NCBI GenBank assembly: GCA_964276515.1
Contig: OZ193910.1
Location: 8,742,001 to 8,806,000 of the forward strand
Length of the DNA stretch: 64,000 nt
Direction: 5' to 3'
Origin: Gordius albopunctatus
Lineage: Eukaryota
Below the pieces are notes generated by a model. That model was not told where the DNA came from. It searched no databases and worked only from the letters and a program-made list of their open reading frames with translations. The translations under genes were made by a program, and so were the position numbers. Of this stretch, positions 51,991 to 64,000 are shown piece after piece; positions within the stretch are counted from its first letter, which is position 1; every line of letters begins with the position of its first letter.

Positions 51991-53069
51991 ATTGTAAAAA
52001 TTGCTTAAAAAACTTGTTTGAACATTTATTCCCTGTGAAAACGTCATATTAATTGTTACGATTATTATGGTATATTTTTTGAGTTGTTAGTCGAGAATAT
52101 ACATACAAACCATATGCATAAAGAAACCTAATTAATCATTGATTATCAAAATAAATATTATTTATGGTTATCTATTTCTATCCTATACTATATATATATA
52201 TATATAATTTTAATCCCTTGATTACTAATCTCTAGATGACACTCTGTATTTATTCAAAGATATAGACACCTATAGTTAAAAACAATGATTGGCGTACCAA
52301 GGAACCCCCCGCACCCATTAGCAAAAATTCTTACTTATAAATACCTTAAAAGATTTATATTCATTTTTAAATTAAATTTTTGGCAAAAAGCTTTGACCAG
52401 ATTTTTTGTCTTCTTAACACCATGCGCATCAATGATCGTAGTATTTCTACAATCAAGAGATTAAAAATTTATTCAAAAAATAGGATGTCAAGACATCGAT
52501 GGAACGAATTGGAATATTAACTGATAATAGGTAATTCTTCTACTTCAGGTGAAATCTCGGCACATGAAAAATCAAATGAATATTTATTTTAATGTTCCTC
52601 ATTCTATAAAACATTAATACCTTTATCATTTATCATATTTGTCTAAAATATTTTGCTAGAACCCAGCACGGTTTGATAACTAAATTTCTCGCCAAGGCCA
52701 ACCCAAACCCTTTAATTGTCCAATTCACTAATGCTGTATGAACAGCACAGCCGGGCCCAAAATGACGATTTTAAATTTCAAGAATTAATTTTGTCTTATA
52801 TCCAAAAATTTTTGATCTAATTCTAAAGTTTTTATAAATAAAAAGGTGTCGAAAAATAGTAAACTATATAAAAAATCTCATTATTATGGTGCCCGCCCAG
52901 GCCTACTTAAAAATTTCAATTTACAACGATAGCCTGACCGACCCCTTGCCCGAGTGGGCCCAGCAGTGAGCCCAACTTTTTGGTTGTTCAATTTTTATTT
53001 TTATTTAAAAAATAACTGTCAAAAGAAAATCCTGACTAGGCGCCTGGTTTGATTTAATAAGTTTCTTCG

Positions 53070-55749
53070 TCGTGGGTACAATAACGGTGTTATATAACCG
53101 TCCTTTCAATTTGAGTGGTATGTGCTTATCACATAGGACAACACTCAATTCCCTGAATTTTAGCCAGCCTGCGTTTATTCTTGCCTTAATTTAGTTTTAC
53201 ACATCTCCATCACATTGTACCCTAGAACCAAGATATATGAATTCTTTCCTGCTGCTTAAACACCAGTCATCGATTTGCAGGTGTGTTTCTTTGTATTCAT
53301 TCCCCGACTCCAAGCATACATATTCAGTTTTATCTCGGTTGACCCTAAGACCTTTGCTTTCAATTCGTTCCATCCACACTTTTACCTGCTCCTCTAATTC
53401 CACGTTTGAGCCGGCGCACAGGACGATATCATCCGCAAAGAGCATTTCCCAAGGTGATTCGCGTTTCAGGTTCTTCCTTATCGAATCCATTATTGTTATG
53501 AAAAGCAATGGACTTAAGGACGATCCTTGATGCACACCGACATTTAGACTGAATCTCTTTGATGTAACACTGGATGTTCGTACTTTGGTTTTTGCGTTTC
53601 TATACATATCTTTTATTAACATTCTATAAGCCTCGGGTACACAATTGGAACTCAAGCTATCCCATATCAACTGCCTTGGCACTTTATCGAAAGCTTTCTC
53701 AAGATCGACGAAACATATGTGAAGATCCTTTTGTTTTTCCTTATATACTTCCATAAGTCTCCTAAGACCATGTATTGCATCTGAAGTCAACTTTCCAGGC
53801 ATGAACCCAAATTGTCGTTCATCTATGGATATTATTTTTTGGAGTCTAGCTTCTATAACCTTTTCCCACACCTTAATTACGTGACTCGTTAACTTTATCC
53901 CTCGATAGTTGTTGCATTCTTCTACATCTCCCTTCTAGATATAACATAGCTTTCCATCCACTCATCAGGAATCACACCAATTGCAAGTATTTTGTTAAAC
54001 AGCTTTGCTAGCATTTTAAAAGCTTCCATAGGTATATTATCAGGTCCCACCGCTCTACCCATGGTCATCTTTTTAATCACCTGGTCAACCTCTTCCTCTG
54101 TCACTTCTAACTCTGGGTCATATTCATAGGTCTTGCATTCGCAGTGGTCCGAAAACACATTTTCACTGTTTAATAATTCTTTATAGTATTCTTCCCAACG
54201 ATCTATGATTTGATGGTCCAGAGTTAGACTGATGCTTTCCTTCATCTTTTTAGATTCCACGTTTACCACATCCTTTGAGTTCCTTGCTCTGATCTTTGCG
54301 ATTTCGTAGATCATTCTTTCCCCTTCTTTACTGGTTAACTTGGCATTCAAAATTTCGTAGACCTGTGTTATAGCCTTGGTTACACAACGTTTTGCCTAGT
54401 TTTTCGCTTTCTCATATGCCAATCCTGTTTCTTTATTTCTGTTGCCTGACCATAATTTGTAAAGCTTTCTTTTCAACTTGACCAGGCGTTGCACGTCTTT
54501 GTTCCACCACCATGTCTCCTTATCTTTTTTTATACCTGGTTTACCTTCTCCTAGAATACATCTCGCTACTGATCGTACCGTGTTAGCTATGTTATTTCAC
54601 ATATCGTTATCTATTTGCAGCCTTTCAACTATTTGGTCATTGTAAATATCTTTCAGTTTCGGTAGTCGGAACCATTTGATTTTCCCATTTAATCTCTTCG
54701 GCTTTTGTGTTTTAGCCTTGGAGATGGTATATTCAATCACAAGTCTATGATGGGCTGCAATAGCTTCACCTGGTATCACCTTACAATCTCGTACATTCTT
54801 TAATTCCTTTTTGATATTAGGAGGAAGTCAATCTGCGAAGATCGATTTCCACTTTTGTACGTTATTAGGTGATTTACATTCTTTTTGAAGAAGGTATCTG
54901 TGATGGCCAAATCAAATGCTACGGCTATTTTCAATAATTTGTAGCCTTCATAGTTTCTCGCTCCCTAGCCATTTCCACCATGGTGCCGTTCGAATCCTTC
55001 TCTTGTTTTGCGTACGTGACCATTCATATCTGCTCCAATTATAACTATCTCGGCTCTGGGTATCATTCGCAGCATTTCGTCTAATTCTTCCCGAAATTTC
55101 TCCTTTTCTTCATCTGTGCATCCTCCATGGTCCCGTTCAGATCATTCTCTTGTTTTGCCTACGTGACCATTCATATCTGCTCCAATTATAACTATCTCGG
55201 CTCTGGGTATCATTCGCAGCATTTCGTCTAATTTTTCCCGAAATTCCTTCTTTTCTTCATCTGTGCATCCTGTTTGCGGAGCATATTCGGAAACTAAAAT
55301 AATCATTTGACCTTCTATGCATAGTTTCAACATCATGAGTCGCCAACTTTTTCTTCCTACCTCAATGACTTTATCTTGCAGATGTGAGGCTAGTATGATT
55401 GCCATCATTTTTATTCGTTTTTAGGCCATTGAAGTTGAGTTTATAGCCTTCACCTATCATCGTTGCTTTTGCGCCTTTCCATCTTTTTTCCTGTATACAC
55501 GCTATATCGACCCATCGCTTGCTGAAGGTGTCAGCAACTTCTCGGCATTTTGCAGTCATCGTTCCAGCATTTAGCGAGCCCACTCTCAATCTCGTCCTTA
55601 GCAAACTAGTTTCTTTAAGTACATCCGTTTGTGGAAGATGTAGTGACCCTCGTTGACTTTTCACATGATACGGGCGCCTATCATACGCGTCGTTTACGGA
55701 GGACGCCCTAGCGCTTTCATTAATTTCATTATTACGAACTTTCATAGTA
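53070..55749 (-). mobile_element. RTE LINE, same subfamily as 18.6-21.6 kb, truncated at both ends, with internal tandem duplication (~54980-55270)
   Basis: ORF fragments nearly identical to the 18.6 kb copy; the segment encoding GCTDEEK...GHVGKTRE is duplicated. Confidence 0.95.
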
Positions 55750-56159
55750 TACATTTTGGTTTATATGAAATGAGGGAGTATTGATATCCCCGCCTTCCAA
55801 GCCTGACGGAACTATGTTAGATTTTGGCGTTTGACTACCTAATATTCTTTACGATACCGACATTTTGGTGAATTAAATTTTCTTTAGACCACTCGTATTG
55901 AAAGGCTTAATCTAGTACTTCCATTTTACTAGTACTCCCTCAAAAAGCCCAGAAATTTTAGTCTGACCCTTCACCAAGAACCTTGCCAATAGGGTGACCC
56001 CACCAGTAACAAACACAAAAATTGCGTTTGTATACCAAAGGTATAGCTTCTTGGATGACGAGAGTACACAAGCTCATCAACCACTATTAGGTATTTCTGG
56101 CTCGGTTGAGACAAGATCGTACCCTATCTATACTGAAGATTGTTATCACTTTTTCGAAA

Positions 56160-57344
56160 TGGCGCGAAGCCGTACGGTCCCCAACCTTGATTCGGGCAAA
56201 GTCGTCAACTACAGGTGCATTGAATCTACGAATGTGCTCTCCAAATGGTGTTTTATCAGAATAAACGACAATAGCGTAAATATCACCTAGTAATTTGGGC
56301 ATGTGTGATTTAAATAATTTTAATAATTCATTGTGCTCATTCAACAGAGCGTCCAGCTCGCTGACGATGCGCCTGGCAAAAGGTGAATCTAGATTGTTGT
56401 AGCCGGAACGTGCATCCACTCGATTAGCGAGTGCGCTTTCGGAGTCGTCACCACTCGTAAGGTAAATTTGTAAAATTTATAAGATTCGTTTGGCATCGGC
56501 AGCAATAAACCGACTTTGTGAAAAACCTGGACTTTTATTTTAAACATTGAATTAAATTGTTGACCGTTTGCAGCATATTTCTGTTGCTCCGAACGATGTC
56601 ACTTGGAGCCATGAATTGAATGTCCTAATTGACTTCAGGAACAGGCTAGAATCAGGATCCATATCGTTAATAAACCGTGCAATGGTTCAGGTGGTGTTTC
56701 AATCTCCGTTAGTCGAACTTTTTCTGATGCGCAACACATCTCGGATGACTCATTTTTATATTTAAGTGCAAGACAATGCGGACATACCTTGTTTATAGTA
56801 CCAAACCAATGAACACTTTGAAATTGGCGTAATATTCAACATCAGGCTCATACTGGAATGCTAGTAGAAGAAATGAAGCCGATTAAAATTGTCGATGTAC
56901 TTGTTGGCGTTGTTGGTTATTTGCTCTACGTGTGTTGATTACAAATCGGCGGGCTTGTTTTTTCATCTTCTTTGTTTATTTCGCTCATCTCGTACCTCTT
57001 GTGATTGTGATTCACGTATTTGGGCCCTGCTCACACGCATATCTGCATTGTTTTGTAGGATTTGTTCCTCTGTTCTTTGTGTCTTTATATTTATCACGAG
57101 TGCATTTTGTTTCGTATGACGACCCAAATTGTTCCTTTTGCGTTTAGCTGGCATTGTTACCTATAAGTATAACATATTAATTTATATAATTGAATTACCT
57201 GTGAAAAACATTAAACTATCAAATTCTCATGCAGGCTACGCCCATGCTATATGACGTTTTTCAGAAATTTTCATAAAAATCGGTCAAGCCGTTTCGGAGG
57301 AGTTTAACTGCAAACACCGTGACACAAGGATTTTATATATTAGA
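56160..57344 (-). mobile_element. Helitron 5' portion with decayed Rep/helicase N-terminal region
   Basis: 5' end A|TCTAATATATAAAAT..aaactcctccgaaacggcttgaccgatttt; protein motifs CPHCLALKY..MCC, FNS..Q.TSFGA, NELLKLFK, GEHIRRFNAP. Confidence 0.88.
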
Positions 57345-58819
57345 TTTAAAAATATGTTTGATTATAAAATCCTTGTATAATAAAACTTAAGAAATAAAGG
57401 ATCTTTGTTTTACATTCATGGGTTGATACCGTGCCAAACAATGTGTCATCAATTTTGCTAGCTTTGGTTCCCTATCAACTCGCCTAAAACCCTCTTGCCG
57501 TATTTACCCTGTGACATTAAGGACCATCTACCCATTATCATAAAGAAGGCCCTAAATTGAGTACCCTTTATAATAATTATCAATTTTTTTAAATACCTAA
57601 ATTTTAACTTTAATGTGAAATTAAATGATTAAAATGCTTTTTTGTTCGGGGGGGGGGGCATTTTCTATTTGGGGGACATATTTTAACCTTGGGACATCCA
57701 ATTTGGCAAGATAAATTTCGGCGAGTAGACGGGCCACCGCTAGCTTTGGCTTTATGCTTATTTCAAGCGTTAAACATGGTGGCAGTCTAATCTATATCCA
57801 AATTTTAGGTAAAGAAATGATCAAACATAAGTGTCATGTTCATTATATGAAAGTATAAAAAACTCCAATATAGAGCATAATGAAATATATAAGAAAAGAT
57901 TAAGTGCATAATTATTTTTAAAAAAACATTCAAATATAGGAATGAAGTATATTTACCAAATGTTATGCCAATTTCATTAATTTTTTTCAAATTTGGCATC
58001 ATATTTAACTATAATACGTTGTTACATTTAAATTTTAATAAATTTTTAATGAGACTTCTTTGGTTAGGTTTTTTGAGGGCCCCAATTCTACAAAGCTATT
58101 TAAAAGAACATTGTTATTTCCCAATAATTTCAACCACGTGGTGCTTTATAATACCCTGTTTGAGAATATCGTCAATATTTGTTTTGCGATTAAAAGTTGA
58201 AAATTCATCAATTTATGCAATTATTTTCTAACATGTGGTGTTTCAAGTTTAAATCCTCTTCGCCTTATAAAGATTGCGCGGGGTAAGCGATTGCCTTCCA
58301 CCAACAGGAAGCAGATATCTCCCGTGCTCATAAAAGGCACGAACATCCCATCCACTACCTCTAACCAAAATATTTTGGACGCTCCTCTTGGCAAATTAAT
58401 ATCATCGGCGGTCAATAATTTGCTTTTTGAAGCTGGAACTCCCAGTCAAACTACAAAAACTTCCGCCTGCACCATCAGATCACTCAAAAAAATTTGAGGG
58501 GTGGGAGTAAAAATCAAAATAATAGACAATGGATCCTTTAGACAAAACACGGTAGAATGGGCGACGATGCATCATCGCGCGCAAAACGTAGATCTTGGAC
58601 GAATATAAAGATAGTGAAAAGGTTAAGGGATAGATTCACTTCCATGCTGCCTCACTAGCGCGCTTTCCGTGTTTAAATTTGTTTTTCGGTCTTAATAAAT
58701 CCGGCCTGCTAACGAAAAACACCTCTCACTCGAGGCAAATGAAGCAGGTGTCGAAAAATCTTAAAACAAGGGAGCTAAGCGCTAGAAATTGACCACTGTG
58801 GTCTTTCCACAACGCCTCT

Positions 58820-59745
58820 GGATTTCGAATCAAATCGAATATTTTTAGTATTCGATTCGATAATTTTATTTGAAAAAATATTAAATTCGAGACGTCGAAT
58901 ATTAAAATAAGGATTCAAATTTGATTCAAAAAAATTTAAAGATTCGATTCGAATATTTTTAAAGTTTTTTAATTTCTAAATATCGCTATAAATGAATTTA
59001 TTCATAAAAATGCAATGATTGAATATAAAAATATTAAAGAAGGATAAAATATCGATATTTCAGTCAGTCTTTGTTTGTTATATACAAAACTTAGACGATG
59101 ATTGCAGGTTGCAAATTCGATGATTTTGTATAGTCCCAAACCATTAACTTATTTTTATTCTTCAGTATCAAAATTATTTAAATTAATATAGTCTCTTATT
59201 AAAAATTTCGCCTAGATGGCCTTAATTAGAGTTTATCTATTATTTAGTTTCGGTATCCGTACAACGGGTTATTATCTTGTTTTATTATAAATATAGAATG
59301 TTTATATATATAAATAAAATCTCAGCGAATAAGGTTAATGCATATCAAAATATATTATTTATATTTTAATGATTTATGTTAAAGTTTAATGCATAAGTAC
59401 AAAAATAATATAAACATTAAATAATAGTTGACCTAAAATGTTAGCAAAAATATTGGATTTTTTTTGAAGTTGAACCCTATATTCTATGTAAAGTGCTATT
59501 TTTATATTTTATGTATGCTTATAAAATTTAAATTTAGTGATCGAGGAAAATAACTAATTTGCGGAAAGATGAAAACAGCTTAATTATTTTCGTCTTGTAT
59601 ATTTAAAATAACTATCAAGTATAAATAATTTTTCAAATCCCTTTTTAAAAATTCGATTCGATTTTCGAATCTAACCAGGTAAAAATATTCGAGTCGAAAT
59701 TCAGACCTAAGAATTCGAATTCGGATTCGAATCGAATATCTCCCA
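58820..59745. mobile_element. Non-autonomous DNA element with TTCGA subterminal repeats
   Basis: Clusters of attcga/tcgaat at both ends (58825-58955, 59650-59740) around an AT-rich core; termini and TSD unclear. Confidence 0.5.
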
Positions 59746-60019
59746 AAGGTGTACTTTCAACCATTCCAATATTTCTATTTTTCTCGTTGATCCTTAACTT
59801 TATGTAGGTGTGGATTTCTTTTACTTTATAAAATTCTTTCCGAATATTTTCAGCTATTAGGAGTATATTTTTTTTGTTCCATACTCAATTGTTTGTATAT
59901 TAGAAAAAGCGTAAAATGAATGAATCAATAACTTGTAATTAATTAATTTTTTGTAATTATTGTTTTAAATAGAACAAAAGACTACTTAGACTACTACTTA
60001 TAAATTATTTACTTCTAAA

Positions 60020-60152
60020 TTATTCCGGGCAGGGCCTATTATTTATGAATTAGGCCCAGCCCGGCCCGGAATTTTTAATCCTCAAAATTTGAGACACGAG
60101 CCCGGCACGGAAAAGCCCGGGCCGGGCCTCGGGCCGCCCGTGCAGGTCTCTA
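60020..60152. mobile_element. Right end of hAT-type MITE
   Basis: ccggcccgg repeats ending in cccgtgcaggtctcta. Confidence 0.65.
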
Positions 60153-60509
60153 CCAACGACCCATTACTATTACTGCCGTCATCTAATCGATTCGCTATTG
60201 GGACCGATAAATTAACGACAATAACCAAGAAAAAACAACACCAAAAATTGTTCTCACGAATAGCCAAATATTTTGCCGGCGATAAATGGAATTTTGCAGG
60301 CACCGCATCTTCTCAATACTTATTTAAAGGCCAAAGTCAATCCTTGTTTATGTCTCACTAACAGCAACAAAAACCTTACGATACTCTGCCCAACAAGATT
60401 CACATCGATAGCGCCACCTTTGATCATCTCCTAGAAGAGGCCCGTCTTGGCAAGATTGATGCTGTAAGAACATTATGAACGTTTAACGGATAAAAATACC
60501 TTTTGTTCT

Positions 60510-60915
60510 ATTCTTCTTTCTATGACTGCTTGTCACCTAGGCTGGTGGTCAGTCCTTTCAGCATTCGTTTCGATTTGTTTCTATGTTTACATAGATCCTT
60601 CTTTATCTTGTGGACTTTCATATCATGCTGTATTTTATGAATCCAGGTAAGCTTGGGTCTTCCTCTCTTTCGTTTTCCTGCGAAATTTATCATCTCGATT
60701 TTCTTTCCTACGTAGCTATCGTCCCTTCTTTCGACATGGCCATACCATCTTAGTCTATTTGTTAAGAGCTTTGTCGCAATTGATATAGTACCCAAAATTC
60801 TTCTTATTTCTTCATTTCACCTATGGTCCTTTTTGCTTACTCCTAGCACCCATCTTAGCATTCTCATCCCCATGGTCGCAAGACGTTGCTCGTCTCTTTT
60901 ACGTATAGCCCATTC
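60510..60915 (-). mobile_element. RTE LINE 3' fragment
   Basis: RLRWYGHVERR..GKRKRGRPKLTW and a GAA-rich tail. Confidence 0.88.
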
Positions 60916-62599
60916 AGCACCTGGTTAAAATAAGGAAGGATTATTACAACGAATGTAATTACATCTCTGTCGTAAAACTCCATAAAATTATTTTAAAATT
61001 ACCTGTACCCAATCCTTCTAACAAAGTGCCTTAGAAAAATGAAGCGGTTTTCCTTAAATACAAGCCAACTCCTGCCTCTCACAAAACAAGTGGCTACTCT
61101 ATGGTTAAGTCATCTCAACAATTACACCATCTTCCATGTCTCCGCAACTTTTCAATCAATTTGTAAATCCCCGGCTCAAAATCTTCATCTTATCCCGATT
61201 GTTCTAACCAGAAACAATGTTCTTACTCAAAGTCGAGTAGAAAAAGCATTCTTAGGCGACATACGTTTGTAGGCGTCCCGGGTAACGGGCATATGCCGTT
61301 GCCCTCTTCTAATAGTTATAATTCTTCTCGTTTTTATTCTGAAAAGTAAAAAGTGTCCACCACCGCTAAATCTAATATTGTTAAGAGCGAGACCTTTTCC
61401 GAAGGAAGACATGAAAAAGGCAAGGAATTGAACGCTAAAAACGTCGAACCTCATTTGACGTAGCGTTCTACAACCCATATCCCTCTCTGTGTAAGGGGCC
61501 TATACTCGGCGGCCACTCCCAGTCCTGTTACTATGGGTAGGATGCCCAAACCGAAATACTTGTGTTTGGGTAGCAAAGTAAGTATATGGAGGCTGCCAAC
61601 TAAGATTCACGTTGCTATACTAATACACTTATCCAACTAAAATGGCATCTAGCGTGATCGACAATACTAAAGGCTTCAACTAACTTCCATATTTAATTAC
61701 TATAATTAATATTAAATGATTTTTTAAATTCGGGATATATTTTATGTTTGTTAAATGTACTGCCGATTAATTGTAATTCATCTTATTTCAATCAGCAATG
61801 GCCCCTTCATCTAAAATATGTATTAATAAGTTGATTTATGCATAACAGTATTTGCTCTCTTATAAGAGTCATATTTTATAAATATAAACTGCTGAGCCTA
61901 TTTTAAAAAATAATTTGTATTTAGATTATAAAAAGAAAATGTAAATGTTTGAAAAATTATAATGTACTGTCACTGTCATGTAATTAAACCGAATGAATCT
62001 TTAAATTAAAATCAATTTTAACTGTCAAGTTTTAAGCTTTGATAATGGTAGTTAGAAACAAATGAGGCTTTACTGTTTGCAAACATTTAAAATCTATATT
62101 ATTACTATATCAAATCGTTATATTAAGTTTTGAACTTGATCTCAAATCATTTACAAAGTAATAACGTAGTCATAAAAATAATTGTTATAAAGGGGTTGAG
62201 TAAATATAATTTGATAATTCTAACATTTATAAAGGTATTAACCAGCAAAGTGATTCATTTTCAAAACAATTATATGTAATTTTGTCCTGATCTCATTTTA
62301 ATTTACTATTTTATTTATCTTATTTTATCCTTTAGCCTAAGGTCCTCTGCCGTTATCTCATATTGGAAAGTTTTCAGGATGTGATGGTGTCCAAAATTTA
62401 GGGTTATCTAAACCCACAGATTTTATACAATGATATTTAAATTAATGGGATGAATATTAAATATTTTATCAATCATTTACGGTTAATTCGGGCCATTCGT
62501 GGCGAGTCACACGTTCAGGGCTCTAAATATACCGCGAGCACATTTGGAAGGTAATTTTTATAGCATTTGCGCATATCAAATCTGTTAAATACGAATTCA

Positions 62600-63296
62600 T
62601 ATCCGTAGAGGCATAGTCCCTTGTAAGGGGGGTGTTGCCACCGAGAAGGGCGCAGAAATTTTACTATGTAGATTTACATGAGGCAAATGCAACAGGTGTT
62701 CAAATAGGCGGGAAAAAAATTTTATTTCACACTTTGACCAATGGTAATTTTTTGTATTTATCAGCAGCCAGGAACGGTCAAAAAGGTATAAATACTTAAA
62801 AGCCAAATATATCGAAAAAAAGGTCGAATCACACTTTGGCCAATGGTCATTTTTTATTGGTCAGCAGCCAAGAGATGGTTAAAAAGGGTATAAATACATA
62901 AGAGCCAAATATAGTTATTTATAAAAAAAGGTCGATTCACACTTTGGCCAATGGTCATTTTTTCCTTTGGTCAGTAACCAGCGGACGGCCAAAAAGTTTA
63001 TATTATTAATGTTATTAACAAGAACAATATATTTTATCAATGTTAGGTTAATAATAAAAAAATAACAAAAAGGAAAAAAGCCCTCACCGAGATTAGAACT
63101 CATATCACAAGCGGTCGCAGTTGTAAGCACGACGAAATATGACGTCATTTGACGTAGGCATATCGGGGCAAAAACGCAACACCCTCGCCGACTCAGCGAA
63201 GAGGGGCTAAAGCAAAAAAAAACGGGATAAAAAAAGTGGGACGTGACAGAACAGTAAACAAATGCAAAGTGAGTCCATAAATTGCATAGCAATTAA
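62600..63296 (-). mobile_element. Further copy of the DINE-1/HINE-like family
   Basis: End ccataaattgcatagcaattaa (63275-63296) and three tttggccaatggtcattttt-type units. Confidence 0.7.
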
Positions 63297-64000
63297 AAAT
63301 AACTTATAGCTGCTGAATTCCTATTAATTTGCAGAATTATTCCTTTTACTTTCACATAAAAGGGAAAATCAAATTCACATTTATAAATTTACCCACCTAT
63401 AATCCATATTTAACTCATAAATTTATCTTATTATTACTAATATTTGGGAATCAAAGACTGACCCAAAGCAATTTTTGGCCAGGTACAGCTAGTTTGTCTT
63501 TAAATCTTATATGCAAAAATATGTTATTGTTGAATGGATTTTATTAGGATTAATTTAAATACGTTATTGTTTAATGAGTTGTATTAGGTTTAATTTTGTA
63601 CATTAAGTACAACTTTCATTACTTGCTTTTATATTCCCTTTTTAAATTTGTTTGGACAAACTTCAATAAGTATAGCATATTTATTTATGTTAAAATAAAT
63701 GACCAGCCCGAATTTCTATAGACCCTTAGTGTATAACTCACAATTGCAATTGAGCTGCGAAATAACTAAAATGGACATGAAAGGATGCGGTCTACTTAAT
63801 GCTAGCTTTAAATCAAATTATTTATTCAACTATTTTATATTAATTTAAAAATATATCATTAGTAATGAGCTCCACAATTTAAAAAATTTAATCATCATAT
63901 AAAATTGACAATGAACAAGATTAACGATAAAATTTACAAATTTGAGAATCTTTATATAAATATGGCACATAATAAGTCACAAATTGATTAATCAATGATT

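Noticed and set aside
60160..61700. Higher-GC coding-like patches around the RTE 3' fragment
   Set aside because: No motif I can assign; probably decayed retroelement, and a homology search would be needed.

Overview
AT-rich eukaryotic (invertebrate-type metazoan) genomic DNA. It holds two spliced host genes, both on the minus strand. One is the 5' part of a furry (FRY) homolog: 9 exons, 8543->1103, continuing off the left edge. The other is a klarsicht/nesprin-like KASH-domain protein: at least 12 exons, 45261->26624, with its first exon(s) not located. Both gene models were built by hand with GT..AG boundaries and consistent phases. Many introns are only 34-49 nt, while the large introns and intergenic DNA are packed with transposable elements: a P-element/THAP deletion derivative with TIRs and an 8-bp TSD plus a matching MITE, a deleted FLYWCH-MULE element flanked by tandem arrays, several RTE LINEs (two sharing a tRNA-like 5' head), Gypsy and CRE-like fragments, Helitrons, a DINE-1/HINE-like family with internal tandem repeats, and many hAT-type MITEs. 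No prokaryotic systems or CRISPR arrays were seen. All family assignments come from motif recognition, not database searches.
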